From NCBI GenBank assembly GCA_019358935.1, contig JAHHIK010000054.1, positions 1 to 56,240 on the forward strand: 56,240 bases of DNA. Direction: 5' to 3'. The first letter of the stretch is position 1, and every line of letters starts with the position of its first letter. Below the pieces are notes generated by a model that saw only the letters and a program-made list of their open reading frames with translations, was not told the DNA's origin and made no database searches. This document shows positions 42,828-54,700 of the stretch, piece after piece. The DNA comes from Tolypothrix carrinoi HA7290-LM1 (lineage in GTDB: Bacteria > Cyanobacteriota > Cyanobacteriia > Cyanobacteriales > Nostocaceae). The translations under genes and the position numbers were made by a program.

Positions 42828-43607
42828 ATGTCAACTGCTTTAATAACTGGTGCTTCTGGTGGTATTGGTAAAGCCTTTGCCGAAGAACTTGCTAAACGCA
42901 ACACAAATCTTGTTTTAGTCGCTCGTTCCGAAGAAAAACTGAAGGAATTAGCCTCACAATTGCAAGAACAACACAAAATTCAAGTAGATATTATTGTCTT
43001 AGACCTCACCGAAACTGGTGCAACCGATGCTTTATTTAATGCCACAAAAGAAAAGGGATTAACAATTGATTTGTTAATTAACAACGCAGGTTTTGCAGAG
43101 TATGGCGATTTTGCCGAAACAGATGGAGAACGGCAAGTCAAAATAGTGCAATTAAACATTCTGGCATTAGTAGATTTAACTCATAAATTTTTGCCTTTGA
43201 TGCGGCAACGTCGTTCTGGAAGCATTATTAATGTGTCTTCCCTCACCGCATTTCAACCGATGCCTTACCTTTCTGTTTATGCTGCCAGCAAAGCGTTTAT
43301 TGTCAGTTTTAGTCAGGCACTGTGGGCAGAAAATCGTCAATATGGCGTGCGCGTGCTAGTTACTTGCCCAGGCCCAGTTGAGACAAACTTTTTCACAGTA
43401 GCTAAATTCCCCCCAGCCCTTGCCGCTAGAACAAATAAAATATCCACTTCAGAAGCAGTAGTGCGCGAATCTCTAAAAGCTTTGGAAAAGAAAGATTCTA
43501 TCGCTGTGATTGGCGGTATTACTACTCACTTAATCACTAAATTAGCCCCGTTCGTTCCGCGCAAAACTCTACTAAATATTTTGGAAAAACAGTTTAAGGT
43601 GGGTTAG
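42828..43607 (+). CDS. Short-chain dehydrogenase/reductase
   Basis: TGASGGIG, NNAG, YAASK. Confidence 0.95.
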   Translation: MSTALITGASGGIGKAFAEELAKRNTNLVLVARSEEKLKELASQLQEQHKIQVDIIVLDLTETGATDALFNATKEKGLTIDLLINNAGFAEYGDFAETDGERQVKIVQLNILALVDLTHKFLPLMRQRRSGSIINVSSLTAFQPMPYLSVYAASKAFIVSFSQALWAENRQYGVRVLVTCPGPVETNFFTVAKFPPALAARTNKISTSEAVVRESLKALEKKDSIAVIGGITTHLITKLAPFVPRKTLLNILEKQFKVG

Positions 43608-43734
43608 TTGTTAGTTGATAGGGGGCATTGGTAATGGGTAATTGGTAATTGGTAATGGAAAACGCTTTTTATTCCTTTCCCCTTTCCCCCATCCCCAATT
43701 CCCCATTACCCATTACCCATTACCCATTACCCTA

Positions 43735-44514
43735 TTACATATACCTTGTCAACTGCACGCGATATCTATCTTTTTTAGTGACGGCAATTTCGCCAATTTC
43801 TAAGCGTCCTTTACCGCGAATGGCGATTAAGTCGCCTGATTTTACTTGAGAACTTGCTTGGGTGATATCCTTCCAATTGACGCGAACATCACCGGAGTCG
43901 ATTAAATCAACCATTTTGCTGCGAGACATGCCAAAACCAGCGGAAGCGATCGCATCTAATCGCAAAGAAGCTTCCACGGTGGTTAATTCTTTCTTCTTCG
44001 GTTCGCGAATCTTTAACTCGCTGACATCAATCGGCTGAGTTTTTACCGGAACCGATCGCACTTGTTGGAGATTCATTCCTAAAAATTCTACCAACTCCGG
44101 CACAACAATTGCCTGCGCTCCGCGTTCGCCGAGTACAATCACATCGCCAGTTTTTTCGCGGACAATGCCAGTACCTAGCATAGCGCCTAAAAAGTCGCGG
44201 TGAGTGGCAGTATCAAAGAGGAAATTTCCAGCAATTTCTAAGACAGCGATCGCAACTTGAGATTGATCTAAAGGAATTTCAGCGCGAGCGATCGCTATTC
44301 TTTGGCGTTCAGCTTGCGGATATCCACCCCACGCCACCAATTGTACCTCTGTTAAACGGCTAAACACCCGCTGAATTTCCGCCAACTCTGGCGGAGACAA
44401 AAAATCCGTCAAAACAACTTCCCAAGTTTTGATTGCTTGATCCGCTTGATCGATTACACGCGCTACAGTATCTCGATTTTCAACACCCTTTAAAATTTCT
44501 TCTCTTGGCAACAT
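43735..44514 (-). CDS. Photosystem II S4-domain protein (Sll1252/YlmH family)
   Basis: TDFLSPPE, WGGYPQAERQR, THRDFLGA, EASLRLDAIASAGFGMSRSK, IRGKGRL. Confidence 0.92.
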   Translation of the reverse strand: MLPREEILKGVENRDTVARVIDQADQAIKTWEVVLTDFLSPPELAEIQRVFSRLTEVQLVAWGGYPQAERQRIAIARAEIPLDQSQVAIAVLEIAGNFLFDTATHRDFLGAMLGTGIVREKTGDVIVLGERGAQAIVVPELVEFLGMNLQQVRSVPVKTQPIDVSELKIREPKKKELTTVEASLRLDAIASAGFGMSRSKMVDLIDSGDVRVNWKDITQASSQVKSGDLIAIRGKGRLEIGEIAVTKKDRYRVQLTRYM

Positions 44515-44521
44515 TCTTAAA

Positions 44522-44850
44522 AGTTGTTAATTGTTGGTTGTTGGTTGTTAATTGTTGGTTGTTGGTTGTTGGTTGTTAGTTGTTGGTTGTTGGTTGTTGG
44601 TTGTTGGTTGTTAGTTGTTGGTTGTTGGTTGTTAGTTGTTAGTTGTTAGTTGTTAGTTGTTGGTTGTTAGTTGTTAGTTGTTAGTTGTTGGTTGTTGGTT
44701 GTTGGTTGACGGTTATCGACTAACCACTATTTACTAACCAATATCCACTATCAACTATCCACTATCAACTATCCACTATCAACTAACCACTATCAACTAA
44801 CCACTATCAACTAACCACTATCAACTAACCACTATCAACTAACCACTAAC
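44522..44850. repeat. Long STRR arrays (GTTGTTG/A)n and (CAACTAACCACTAT)n
   Basis: About 330 bp of tandem 7/14-mers in opposite orientations. Confidence 0.92.
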
Positions 44851-45352
44851 TAACTGTTGTGTCAGCATAACCCTGAAGATTTTCTGGATCGAACTGACGT
44901 AAAACGCGGGTTGCTTGACGGGTAACATTTTCAGCATCCTGAACCACAATCAAGTATTTGCCAGCATCCAGACGGTTGCGGTAGGGTAAAGCATCACCAC
45001 CACCAATAATTAAACCGACTCCACCACCAGAAACTACACTACCCAAAGCACCACTAACAGCACCTAGCAATCCGCCAATAATATGATTGCCAATTTCACC
45101 TGCCCAAGCAAAGGTTTCTAAACCGGTGATGAAGCTGAAGGTAAAACCAGCAAAAAAGCCGAATGGGACAAGCCAAACAGCCATCAGCCGCACTTGTTTT
45201 TTAGCTTCTTCGTTGGGGTCAATCAAGCCAAACTCGTCAGCACTTTTGTACCCCCTACCCAGGATAGTACTTTTTATGCCTTCTTTTTCTAACGCTAAGT
45301 AAGCAGCTTCCGCTTGGATGCGATCGCCTAATACGGCAACAAGGTAATTCAT
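44846..45352 (-). CDS. Conserved hypothetical membrane protein
   Basis: MNYLVAVL.DRIQAEAAY..LEKEG, glycine-rich TM hairpin, LPYRNRLDAGKYL. Confidence 0.8.
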   Translation of the reverse strand: MNYLVAVLGDRIQAEAAYLALEKEGIKSTILGRGYKSADEFGLIDPNEEAKKQVRLMAVWLVPFGFFAGFTFSFITGLETFAWAGEIGNHIIGGLLGAVSGALGSVVSGGGVGLIIGGGDALPYRNRLDAGKYLIVVQDAENVTRQATRVLRQFDPENLQGYADTTVS

Positions 45353-45568
45353 TGATACACAAGACTATTCTAGTAATAGAAGTTTCCCTTTTACTACCAG
45401 CCTACCAGTGCCGGTCGAATCAATGCCTATGCCTAAGGAATGGGGAGAGGGGGAGAGTGGGGGAGGGGGAGAGTGGGGGAGGGGGAGATGAGGAAGATAA
45501 AAGACAATTCTCTGTTTCAATTACCCATTACCCATTACCCATTCCCCATTCTCCATTCCCCACTTCCG

Positions 45569-45946
45569 TCACTTTAGCAAATCGAGAGGTTCACAAAAAT
45601 TGTTCACGCCTTGTTTAAGGACATAAATTAAAACTGGCGTTGCTAAAATCTGAGGAAACGCGGGCATTGTTATGAGATGTTCCATCATCTGCTTAACTGA
45701 GCCATCAAGCAAGTTGTCTCGAAATTCTTCTTGGCAAATGACAGCACGCCATTTTCTCGCCAAAGCATCTAACCATTCTGAATTTGCTCTTTCTGGTTCT
45801 TGTCCCGCCTTAATGGCTAGCGTCATTGCTGCATCTTCTAAATCTCCCTCACAGTCCTCAATTAAGTCAAGTGCTTCCATCGCTTTTGGATCATCTGCCA
45901 ATTGAGAACGGAACTGTGCAATTTCTTGGGATGTAACTGTAGTCAT
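45569..45946 (-). CDS. Conserved hypothetical protein
   Basis: ALDLIEDCEGDLEDAA, LATPVLIYVLK.GV..FC motifs. Confidence 0.78.
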   Translation of the reverse strand: MTTVTSQEIAQFRSQLADDPKAMEALDLIEDCEGDLEDAAMTLAIKAGQEPERANSEWLDALARKWRAVICQEEFRDNLLDGSVKQMMEHLITMPAFPQILATPVLIYVLKQGVNNFCEPLDLLK

Positions 45947-46305
45947 GAGATTATTTTTTACTAGCCGAGCAGTTGACCACTCAGCTATGTTATTCCAATT
46001 TGACTCCCAGAATCAAAAAATCTGCTGTAAGAGAGAGGGAGGGGGGGAGGGGGGGAGTGGGGGATGGGGGGACAAGGGGGACAAGGGGGACAAGGGGGAC
46101 AAGGGGGATGGGGGGACAAGGGGGACAAGGGGGACAAGGGGGACAAGGGGAGGCAGGGGGGCAATCTTATCGCTTTCTTGAGAAATATTTCTTCTTTCTT
46201 ACCCATTACCCATTACCCATTACCCATTACCCATTACCCATGCCCAATGCCCAATGCCCACTATCCACTATCCACCATCCACTATCCACCAACCACTAAC
46301 ACGCG

Positions 46306-48462
46306 CTAGCGCAACGCTCTAGAGGTAACGGAGCGTTGTAAACTAGCTAAAGCGCGGTTGTAATTCAAAATAGCTTCGACTCGGTTTCCTTCGGCTTGTG
46401 TAAGTGCGGTTTCAGCGTCAATGACTTCGGTTTGAGTACCTACACCAGCTTGAAATCGCAAACGCGCTAACCGCAGAGACTCTCTAGCCTGTTCTAGGCC
46501 GCCTGTGGCGGTGTTGACGTTCTGCAAATTAGATTGCAGGTTAGAATAGGCTTGTTCTACCTCAAAGCGGGTTAGATCGCGCTGTTGAGCAAATTGAGTT
46601 TCGGCGATCGCAATATCAGCTTTTCTTTGATTCGCCTGCGCTCTTGCGGCTCCCCCATCATATAAATTCAGGCTTGCTCGGAGTCGCACCGAATATTGAT
46701 CGCCTGCGCTGATGTTATCATTAAACGTATCTCCCAGATTGTAGGTGGCAAGCAAACTAACTTGTGGACCTAGTTGCGAAAGCGCTCTGCGTCGCTGTTG
46801 CTCATAAATGTTACGTTGTGCTAACTGCTGTTGCAATTCTGGACGGTTTTGGAAAGCTAAAATAATGCTTTGTTCCAGCGTTTGATTCCAAAGACCTGCT
46901 AATCTTACCGGATCTGCGGCAACGACATTCACCGACTGACTCAAATTCAACCGATTCACTAACTGGCGACGGGCAATTTGCTGCTGCGAGATAGAATTAG
47001 TCAAATCTTGTTGTGCGTTTGCTAAATTCACCTGTGATTGCAATACAGAGAAACGCGTACCCACCCCAGCTTGTTCTAAAGCTTGTGCATCTCGTAAACT
47101 AGCTTGGGCGTTAGTCACAGCCGCAGTGTTAATCCGAACTTGTTCATCTGCTTGTTGCAAATTGTAGTAATCAGTGGAGACATTCAGCCGGATTACTTCC
47201 GACTGACGCTCAACATCCAACTCTTGAAACCGTACCTGTTCTTCAGCCTGTCTAATGGCAGCTTGCCGGCTCCCAGAGGTATAAAGGTTATATGAGAGTT
47301 GCGCTGTACCACTTAAATTTGTAGCATCTGTATTTTGACCACTGAAATTTGTACCATCTGTATTTTGGTTGGGTAAGCCCGATTGTGATTGAGATTCTCC
47401 AATTAGAGCATTCCGCCCACTACGAGTTAGATCGGCGCTGAGGTCAGCATTGGGTAACAAAGCAGCTTGCTGTTCGCGTACAGCATATTGACTGCGTTGT
47501 AGCTGCAATAATGATATTTGTAAATCGCGATTATTTCGGCGTGCTAGTTCCAGCGCTTGTGCTAAAGTAATCGGCTGGATTCCCTGTAGCCTCACTTCTT
47601 CTGGTTTGGTAGGAAACTGTAGGGGGTTTGGGTTTTGATTGAGGTAATCGGGAATTTGTACTTCCGGTGTAGATACGGGGGTTACTGGTATTGGTGTTGG
47701 TGTTTGCACTCCTCCTCCGGGTGCGGGGGTAGGAATCGGTGTTATTGGTGCGCTTCTGGGTGTTTGTGCTTGAGTTCCCGAATTACCACCAGTAGAATTA
47801 TTTTGTCGGCAGGCTTTTAAGTCAATCACCCCATCGGTTAAGGAAAAGGTTTGGCTGTTTTGTGGTTTCTGGGGGCAAAACTGCTGTTTATCTTGTAAAC
47901 TTGCTGCTGTCGAATCAGAAGTTTGAACTTGTGATACTGTCTGCAACTGAGTAGCCGGATTTTTCTTGTTTGTCAACGCTGCCGGGAACGTAGTTGCTTT
48001 CTGGTCAGCAAAAGTCGGTGTATTTTGTGCTAATTTGAATCCGTAGACGCGCAGCGACTTGTCGTCAGACATCGCGCTTTGTTTTTCAAAAGCGATGCGA
48101 GAGCGAATTTTATCTCCTAACTCAAAATAATTTTCAGTCGGCACCCAACTGGATACTATACCTTTTTGTCCGATTAACACACCAGTCTTGCCCGTCACTG
48201 TTGCTGGAATACTGTTACTAATTAAAGGTTTAACTGTAGTCGAGGATGTAATTACGTCTGGTATACTATCTCTGGCAGTATTGGGCAGCCGTCGATCGAT
48301 CATGTCTGTAACGGAAGTTTCACTATGAGTGGAACTTGAGACATTACCAGAAGCAGCCAGCTGTACTTCCTCAGCTTTTACAGTTTCAGCCGAAGCAGGC
48401 TGAATTGCTAATATTACTATCACACCAGGCAAGAAGCTATGGAATAATTGCTGTCCTTTCAC
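46306..48462 (-). CDS. hgdD: TolC-family outer membrane efflux protein (HgdD-like)
   Basis: Two OEP repeats (ITLAQALELA, AGVGTRF, RLRFQAGVGTQTEV), long low-complexity N-terminus, directly downstream of kaiC as in Anabaena. Confidence 0.88.
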   Translation of the reverse strand: MKGQQLFHSFLPGVIVILAIQPASAETVKAEEVQLAASGNVSSSTHSETSVTDMIDRRLPNTARDSIPDVITSSTTVKPLISNSIPATVTGKTGVLIGQKGIVSSWVPTENYFELGDKIRSRIAFEKQSAMSDDKSLRVYGFKLAQNTPTFADQKATTFPAALTNKKNPATQLQTVSQVQTSDSTAASLQDKQQFCPQKPQNSQTFSLTDGVIDLKACRQNNSTGGNSGTQAQTPRSAPITPIPTPAPGGGVQTPTPIPVTPVSTPEVQIPDYLNQNPNPLQFPTKPEEVRLQGIQPITLAQALELARRNNRDLQISLLQLQRSQYAVREQQAALLPNADLSADLTRSGRNALIGESQSQSGLPNQNTDGTNFSGQNTDATNLSGTAQLSYNLYTSGSRQAAIRQAEEQVRFQELDVERQSEVIRLNVSTDYYNLQQADEQVRINTAAVTNAQASLRDAQALEQAGVGTRFSVLQSQVNLANAQQDLTNSISQQQIARRQLVNRLNLSQSVNVVAADPVRLAGLWNQTLEQSIILAFQNRPELQQQLAQRNIYEQQRRRALSQLGPQVSLLATYNLGDTFNDNISAGDQYSVRLRASLNLYDGGAARAQANQRKADIAIAETQFAQQRDLTRFEVEQAYSNLQSNLQNVNTATGGLEQARESLRLARLRFQAGVGTQTEVIDAETALTQAEGNRVEAILNYNRALASLQRSVTSRALR
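48041..48075. mobile_element. 27-nt small repeat inserted in a HIP1-like site, in frame in TolC
   Basis: Minus strand GCGAT[GTCTGACGACAAGTCGCTGCGCGTCTA]CGG, encoding AMSDDKSLRVY. Confidence 0.65.
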
Positions 48463-48532
48463 CGCGTCCCCTCACACGAAATCAAGCGGCAGAAACCCTT
48501 TACTCACCACAGAATATAGCACGATGCCAAGT

Positions 48533-50095
48533 TTAGGAATCGGAACTCTGTTTGTCTTCAAAACGTTTGACGATGCGAGAAAGTTCCGCCTTTTCATCGA
48601 TACTAACGCGGGTTGGCGCACCGCTGACAATTCTTTCGTAGTTCCTGAAAGAATCTTTAATTTCTGGACCGTCGGCAGTAATATTGTACTCCCGGATACC
48701 TTTATCATGCCATGAACCGCGCATTTTGAATACGTTAATGGCTCTTGACATCTCGCCTTTGATTTCTACATACTGCAACATGAGAATTGTGTCAGTAATC
48801 GTCGATATATGAGAATCTGTAATTGCATGAGAACCCATGAATTGGTCAGTTGTATTCGTAAAAAAACCTGTAATTTCTTCTTGTTTTGCGTAACCCGTCA
48901 CCCCAATTACAAATTGCCGAAATGCATTATTGCTTACTCCTCTTGCTAACGCTGAAAGAGAATCAATAGCAATCCGAGCCGGTTTAAACTCAGCAATCTC
49001 TGACTTGATAATTTGTAGGTGGTCTTCTAAACCCGTAGATTCCGGATAAGTACAAATTATTTTCAGCAAACCTTGATGTTCTAATTCTTCAAAATCAATT
49101 CCCCAAGATTGAGCGTTTCGAGACAATTGAGCGCGTGATTCTTCATAAGCAAATAATATTGAGCGTTCGTTGTTGAGGCAGGCTTCCTGGATGAACTGGC
49201 TAACTAATAAAGTCTTACCAGTGCCAGTAGCTCCTGTTGCCAAAATAATAGAATCTTTAAAGAAACCACCACCGCACATGTCATCTAAAGTTTTCACCCC
49301 AGAAGATACGCGGATATTAGAAGACCTTTGCGTCAAGCGCATTGCTCCCAGTGGAAATATGTTAACTCCGGCATTGGTTATAGTAAAAGGATACTCACCT
49401 TTCATATGAGTTGTACCGCGCAATTTGAGAATTTCAATTGTGCGGCGCCGGCGTTCTCCTTCTAAAACGTTGCGGACAATTGCGACATTATCAGAAACAA
49501 ATTCTTCTACCCCAAAAGAGGCTACAGGACCATATTCTTGAGCACGTTCGGTAGTTATAATTGTTGTGACATTTAGTTGTTTTAGACGTGCGACAAGGCG
49601 AAAAATTTCCCGTCGCACGACTGCGACAGCTTCATACTGTTGAAATACCGCTGTGATAGAATCTATTGAAACTCGTTTTGCTTTATATTTACGAATTGCA
49701 TATTGCAGTCGTTCAATCAGTGCTGAAAGGTCAAAGTTTCCTACTATATCTTGACCTTCCGGATCGGGAGAAGCATCAAGAATAAATAATTTGCCTTCAG
49801 CGATTAGGTGTTCTAAATTCCAACCAAAAATACCAGCATTTTTAATAATGTCACTCGGCGATTCTTCAAAGGTGACAAATACTCCTGCTTCATCAAAGTA
49901 GGTGATACCGCTATAGAGAAACTGAAGAGATAATAAAGTTTTGCCAGTTCCAGAGGTGCCGCTGACTAAAGTAGTTCTACCAACAGGTAAACCACCATGA
50001 CTTATGTCATCAAACCCCTCGATCATTGTGCGAATTTTTTCTAAACCCCCACTTGGGGAGGTATTGCTTTGCTTTGTTTGCTCGTTTTGACTCAT
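48533..50095 (-). CDS. kaiC: Circadian clock protein KaiC
   Basis: Two RecA domains (GTSGTGKT, GATGTGKT), EE motifs, phosphosites in HISTITDT. Confidence 0.98.
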   Translation of the reverse strand: MSQNEQTKQSNTSPSGGLEKIRTMIEGFDDISHGGLPVGRTTLVSGTSGTGKTLLSLQFLYSGITYFDEAGVFVTFEESPSDIIKNAGIFGWNLEHLIAEGKLFILDASPDPEGQDIVGNFDLSALIERLQYAIRKYKAKRVSIDSITAVFQQYEAVAVVRREIFRLVARLKQLNVTTIITTERAQEYGPVASFGVEEFVSDNVAIVRNVLEGERRRRTIEILKLRGTTHMKGEYPFTITNAGVNIFPLGAMRLTQRSSNIRVSSGVKTLDDMCGGGFFKDSIILATGATGTGKTLLVSQFIQEACLNNERSILFAYEESRAQLSRNAQSWGIDFEELEHQGLLKIICTYPESTGLEDHLQIIKSEIAEFKPARIAIDSLSALARGVSNNAFRQFVIGVTGYAKQEEITGFFTNTTDQFMGSHAITDSHISTITDTILMLQYVEIKGEMSRAINVFKMRGSWHDKGIREYNITADGPEIKDSFRNYERIVSGAPTRVSIDEKAELSRIVKRFEDKQSSDS

Positions 50096-50164
50096 TGCCA
50101 GTTAAATTAACAAATCGCAAGAAAACCTATTATGACTAAAGTTGCTAGTTTTTGATTAAATAAT

Positions 50165-50482
50165 CTATTCCCCAAAATAGTCTTCTTCAGCTAGTTCTTC
50201 ATAAAGTAAGTCCAATCCTATCAACACTTTTTCTCTGTCTGAAAGGTCGCCGATTATTTTGCGAACTGGTGGAGGCAAAATTTTCGATAATGTTGGTGTG
50301 GCTAAGATTTTGTCTTCTTCTGCTAGTTGCGGGTTTTTCAGTACGTCGATTACTTTCAAAGCATAAATACCTTGAAATTCTTGGTCTAATATGTTTTTGA
50401 GTATTTTTAACGCCCGTACTGAATTGGCGGTGTTCCCTGCTACATAAAGTTTGAGAACATAGGTCTTTCTGACTTTATTCAT
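50165..50482 (-). CDS. kaiB: Circadian clock protein KaiB
   Basis: [45 protein letters not shown] 50482. Confidence 0.97.
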   Translation of the reverse strand: MNKVRKTYVLKLYVAGNTANSVRALKILKNILDQEFQGIYALKVIDVLKNPQLAEEDKILATPTLSKILPPPVRKIIGDLSDREKVLIGLDLLYEELAEEDYFGE

Positions 50483-50650
50483 AAAAGTACAGGCTATAGT
50501 GAATGAAATTACGCACTCATTGCGTTTGAAGTAGCGATAAGTCGATCTTGGTCTACGCACTGTAAATTCAGGCATTGAACGCGATCGCATGTTTACAAGA
50601 ACCTTTTCGACCCTCGGTAACTTTTGTACTGGTGTTCGCTCTTGTTCAAT

Positions 50651-50956
50651 TTATTTAGAAATCGAACTTCTATATGCTTCGCATAGGTGAGCCAAAACAT
50701 CAATCAGTGTCAGCCGATAATCAAGTAACGATTCATTGCTCCTTCCTTCTAATTTTAGCTGTTTGGAAAACTCTTCAATTAAATCCATGTGAATCTCTAT
50801 AATTTGCGGCACAGGAATATTAGCACAAAATACTGCATTGATAAATTTATCAATTTTTTCCTTCAGTGTTTTGTCTGTGGTAAAGTAATTTATAAGAATT
50901 TGTCGGTAATCTGATTTAAGTTGCTGCAACAATGCCTGCTTGTCGGCTCTCGTCAT
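50651..50956 (-). CDS. kaiA: Circadian clock protein KaiA (C-terminal domain only)
   Basis: YRQILINYF, IIEIHMDLIEEFSKQLKLEGRS, LLDYRLTLIDVLAHLCEAYR. Confidence 0.95.
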   Translation of the reverse strand: MTRADKQALLQQLKSDYRQILINYFTTDKTLKEKIDKFINAVFCANIPVPQIIEIHMDLIEEFSKQLKLEGRSNESLLDYRLTLIDVLAHLCEAYRSSISK

Positions 50957-51791
50957 CTGCTAAAAAAACTGCTGCGGTTTTGGGCTATGTAAATAAATCA
51001 TAATATTTGTCAAGAAGTTTTTCATATAGTTTTTTTGCATTTCTTTACTTCTTCTATGGCGATGGGTAATTATGTATGAAATCACCTCACATATATTGAG
51101 TGCTGAAATTTTGCTCTTATCATTAGGGTAAGTTTTGCCGACCAAGAATTATCAACGGATAACAAGTGGCAAAGCCTGCAAGTGAGACTGAGCGTGAAGT
51201 AAACTTATAGTCTCCCCAAATGTAAACTTTTATATCAACAGATGATGTTAACTACTTAACAAATGGCAGCTACTAAACTCTGAGATAATGGTAGTTGTTG
51301 AGTCAGGGTTGGTGGTGGAGAGAGCAGTGTTTAATTTTTTGTTAGGGTGTATATATCTATCTAAATATAGATTTTGGGAATTCACTCCTTGATAAGATAC
51401 TTAAACGAACTTAAAAAATTGTCGCATTCTAAATCATTATAATTCCTCAAGGTTCAAAAGCGAATCTTTATTACATAATTGTTCTAGCTACAGAATATTG
51501 CTTTCTCGATTTAAACACTAGGAGGATACACTTAAGGATGCTTGATTTCAGTGACGAGCGGCTTAGTTTGACACCGCCGTAATAATTGTTAACTTTTCAT
51601 TCATAAGTGCAGAACAGACACTATCGATTTGCGAGCTGCTATTCAAGAATGGCGTTGAAATTGTAACCACAAAGCGCGATCGCGCTTTGCTTCATACGTC
51701 GGATATTGCTTCGCTGTGAAACGCCATCGGCTACTTTTAAAGCAGGTGGTGATGCTGGAACTTCCACAGGAAGAATGACAACCAAAGTTTT

Positions 51792-54700
51792 ATGCCAATG
51801 TTACAGTACCCGCTTAATGATTTTGTGGCAACCGTACCGAGTTGTAGAGAAACAACAACTCTGGCAGTTTTGCTAGAAATATTTGCCCAACAACAGTGCG
51901 ATCGCGTCGTAGTGGTGAATGAGCAAGAATACCCAATAGGGTTGCTGTACTCATCGCGTTTAATACCACAATTTTTGGCGGCAAAACAACGCCAAGGAAA
52001 TTTTAAGTTTTTAGATTTACAGCAGCCAATCTCAATATTAGATAAAGCTTTAATTGAACCAATACAAATATTGTCCGCATCTTTAAATGTGGATCAATTT
52101 GGCTTGTTTTTGGCTTCTCAAAGTGGCGAAAGCAATAACTTAAATTGGGCGCTAATTGATGCCGATAAAAAATATTTGGGATTGGTAGATACAGTTAGCC
52201 TGTTACGATTGTTAGCGCAAGTGGAAATTGACGCAAGTGAGAGCGATCGCGACAACAGCAAAAAAACTGTACAGCAGAAAAAAGCTAGTAGTACGTTAAT
52301 TCCTAAGGGTAGACCCGCAGTCGCTTGTCGTCAATCGCCCAAACAAAAAGAATATCAAAAAGAGGGACACAAACCACTGGTGCAGTTATTGGAACGATTG
52401 CCTTGGCCCTTAATGTTGCAAACTAGTAGTGGCGAAGTAGTCACCCAAAACCCAGCATGGTGGCAACAATTAGGTGGATTGAAAGATCCAGAAGGAGTGA
52501 GGCAACAAGTAGGAGAAATATTAAATTCATCAACAAAATCAGAATATCCTACAGCCACAATTGGCAATATCATTAACACATGCAACGACCTGGACGACGA
52601 GGTATCTAGAGATATTCAACTTAATTGTCGAGAAAATACTTCCGAAGTAATAACTAAAAAAAGCTTGTCGCCACGGCGAAAATCAATACCAATAATCAAA
52701 AATTTACCAGAGCAAATATTTACCGAAGCTAATGCTGCAAATCGATGTTTGTTTGATAGCAATTTAGGAATATGCACCTGCATTTTAGAAGTGCAAAATG
52801 GTCAAGAGCGAGTTTGGCAATTTGCGAAAATTCCCTTAGATAGTATTGAGTTGAAAATTCTGAATCCTGAGTTAGAGATGCCCCAGACACAGGAATCAGA
52901 AGGCAATGAATTGTGGTTAGTCTTAGCAACTGACGTAACCGAACAGCAGCAACTTTGTAAAGAACTGGCGGCAAAAAATGCCGACTTAGTTCAATTGAAT
53001 CGCTTAAAAGATGAATTTTTAGCTTGTATTAGTCACGAATTAAAAACACCTTTGACTGCGGTTTTAGGATTATCAAGGTTGCTTGTAGATCGACAATTAG
53101 GAGAATTAAACGAGCGTCAAGCGCGTTACGCGGGATTGATTCATCAAAGCGGACGACATTTAATGAGTGTGGTCAATGACATTTTAGATTTGACCCGCAT
53201 GGAAACCGGACAGATGGAGTTGACTTTAACACCGGCAAAAATTCGGGCAGTATGCGATCGCGCTGCATCCGAAGCAAAAACCATCCACACTCAAAACAGT
53301 AAAACTCCAGTCAACGTCTCTCCTCAAGCTTCACGTTCACCCGACCATCAATTTACCCTTTCCATCGAACCAGGTTTAGACCAAATCATCGCTGATGAAT
53401 TACGCTTGCGGCAAATGTTGGTACATTTGCTTTCCAACGCTTTCAAATTCACCGAAACAGGTGGAGAAATTGGACTGCGGGTAAGTCGTTGGGAAGGTTG
53501 GATTGCTTTTACAGTCTGGGACACAGGTATAGGTATTCCCGAACATCAACAGCACTTAATATTTCAAAAATTTCAACAACTAGAAAATCCCCTCACCCGC
53601 CAATTTGAAGGCACAGGTTTGGGGTTAGTATTAACTAGAGCTTTGGCACGTCTCCACGGTGGTGATGTGAGCTTTCTCTCTCGTGAAGGCAAAGGCAGCC
53701 AATTTACTTTACTACTACCCCCCAGTCCTCCGAAAACAAACTTCGGCGATCGAGATATGGGGGTAGAAGACACCGCAGCGCACAAAATCGAAGATGCCGA
53801 TAGCTTCCCCGTCTTGCCTCGTTCTCGGAACTGCGTGTCTTCAACTCCTGCCAATCTTGCCGCTAGCGAACAACGTTTAGTGTTAGTAGTTGAGGCAGTA
53901 GCTCGATATATTGAAGAACTCACCGAGCAGTTGACAGGTTTGGGTTATCGGGTAGTGATTGCGCGATCAGGATGTGAAGCAGTTGAAAAAGCCCGTCGCT
54001 TGCAACCGAAAGCTGTATTCTTGAATCCATTGTTACCCCTTTTATCGGGTTGGGATGTGCTGACTTTAATTAAATCAGATGCTGCAACTTGTCACATCCC
54101 AGTGATTGTGACAGCTACAGGAGCCGAAAAAGAACAAGCATTTGCTAATAGTGCCGATGGTTTTATCAGCTTACCAGTGCAGCATCAGGTTTTGGCACCA
54201 CTTCTAGAAAAGTTGTGTGCAGCTAAAGAAGCGCAGCAACCGAGTAAAGATAATGCAAAAATCAATATTCATACCCCACTGCGAATTCTTCGGTTGGTCA
54301 ATTCCGAATTAGAATCTGTCAATCCCCATCCATCACTGCGAGAACATCGGGTAATCGAAGTTGATGATTTAGATCAGGCAGAACTTTTAGCGCGAGTTTG
54401 GCAGTTCGATGTAATATTGCTGGATAAAGAAATTTCAAAAGCAAAAGCTTATTTGCAACAACTCAGTCAACACCCTCGTTTGGCAGCTTTACCATTAGTT
54501 ACCTGCGATGTAGCAACGACATTAGAAGCTTCACAAGTGGATGGACTTTCTGTATTTCCTTGCTTGTCGTCATTTACCAACGATAAGAACAGTCAAACAG
54601 GGAAAACAGACGCTTTATTGTCAGTGCTGCAAATTGCTTCTGGGATGTGCTGTCCACCCAGCTTGTTAGTAGTCGATTTGACTATGTTGCCCGATCTGCC

